The position numbers and the translations under genes are program-made. Shown in pieces: positions 34,005 through 34,654 of a DNA stretch of 34,654 nt. How positions within the stretch are numbered: position 1 is the first letter of the stretch; every line of letters begins with the position of its first letter. Source of the stretch: a virus; the IMG/VR virus record IMGVR_UViG_3300012664_000092, positions 1-34,654 of that record; one strand, written 5' to 3'. The notes under the pieces were generated by a model. It had not been told where the DNA came from. It was given only the letters and a program-made list of their open reading frames with translations, and did no database searches.

Positions 34005-34375
34005 AACTGTACGAGTTGTACGGTGAGTGGATTCTCTTTGTCACCTACTAACTCTGTTCTAGCCAGTTTAGGAACATGAAACTCAGATACCTGCATAAAG
34101 CAGTTAAAGGCTTGGTTTGGGTTAGGTGGCACTAAATACTGAGGAAAACCACTCTTGTCATAAACTTGGTTTCCATCTTTGTCTACCAATGGAATGCCTT
34201 TAGCAATGGTTTCTAGCCATTCTTGCATTGATTCAGAGTTACCATCCACGAACCTAGCAAAAGCCTCTCTAGCAAGGGCTGTGGACTTATTAGGAGCACC
34301 TTTTGGTCTGCCTTTACCAGCATTTCCAATATTTTTGCCTATTTTAGGCTCAGTCTCTTTTGTCATATCCGTCAA
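34001..34375 (-). CDS. terS: Terminase small subunit
   Basis: N-terminus GRPKGAPNKSTALAREAF is HTH-like. Located immediately upstream of TerL. The track start is TTG; ATG at 34366 is likely. Confidence 0.7.
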   Translation of the reverse strand: MTDMTKETEPKIGKNIGNAGKGRPKGAPNKSTALAREAFARFVDGNSESMQEWLETIAKGIPLVDKDGNQVYDKSGFPQYLVPPNPNQAFNCFMQVSEFHVPKLARTELVGDKENPLTVQLVQF

Positions 34376-34412
34376 GTGTTTGATTTCAATGAAATTAATT
34401 GTAGCCTAAAAA

Positions 34413-34640
34413 TTAAGCAATGTCAGGGTCATGAATCTTGTTCATCGCCATTAGCAAAGCAGCCTTACGCTTCATACGCTCATTGTTCTTCTTATTGAGA
34501 ATATCGCCTTTACCGCCTACTGCTAGTTCTGTAGGCATAGGTTTACTTTGGCGTTTAGCTTGTTGCTTCTCTAAAGTAGACTCATGCTCAGGGCGTAGCA
34601 TGGCATCTTCCTTCTTATAGGTTCTAGTCATGTGTTTCAT
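34413..34640 (-). CDS. Small basic hypothetical protein (75 aa)
   Basis: Its ATG lies inside the terminal repeat (equals nt 41-39 of copy A) and overlaps the stop of the 41..211 gene. Confidence 0.55.
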   Translation of the reverse strand: MKHMTRTYKKEDAMLRPEHESTLEKQQAKRQSKPMPTELAVGGKGDILNKKNNERMKRKAALLMAMNKIHDPDIA

Positions 34641-34654
34641 TACATATCCTTCAT
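34600..34654. repeat. Terminal direct repeat, copy B (identical to 1..55)
   Basis: Read directly. Confidence 0.9.

Noticed and set aside
1-34654. tRNA genes, CRISPR arrays, IS elements
   Set aside because: Intergenic spaces are all under about 90 nt. I saw no cloverleaf-sized non-coding segment, spaced repeat array or transposase ORF. I could not run tRNAscan.

Overview
The window is a complete dsDNA phage genome. Nt 1-55 are identical to nt 34600-34654, so the unique length is 34,599 bp, and genes run cleanly through the junction. This is most likely a circular-assembly overlap.

Coding is very dense, with many ATGA/TAATG stop-start overlaps. There are four transcription blocks:
- A leftward early recombination block (5905 down to 1828): Rad52-like annealase, YqaJ exonuclease, mini-SSB, Ref-like HNH nuclease and RusA. 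It ends at a terminator.
- A small accessory island (445-1773): a SAM-methyltransferase and a Dps-like gene, convergent.
- A rightward replication block (6072-9988): Cro-like HTH, DUF1376 initiator, DnaB-like helicase, C5-cytosine methyltransferase and an HNH-AP2 homing endonuclease.
- One long leftward late block running from 396 across the junction down to 9981: three small basic proteins, TerS, TerL, portal, fibre-like protein, GT9-like glycosyltransferase, scaffold, major capsid, decoration protein, tail proteins, GNAT, four large low-complexity internal proteins, split fibre genes with a GIY-YIG endonuclease, then a lysis cassette with GH19 endolysin and embedded Rz/Rz1.

I found no tape-measure, sheath, integrase, CI-type repressor, DNA or RNA polymerase, tRNA or CRISPR array. 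The layout looks podovirus-like, and the spanins imply a Gram-negative host. Both of these are inferences.

The most unusual signal is at 8089-8931. The C5-methyltransferase gene is completely overlapped, same strand and +1 frame, by a second 269-codon ATG ORF whose translation looks like a real conserved protein.

All homology calls come from motif recognition by eye. No searches were run.
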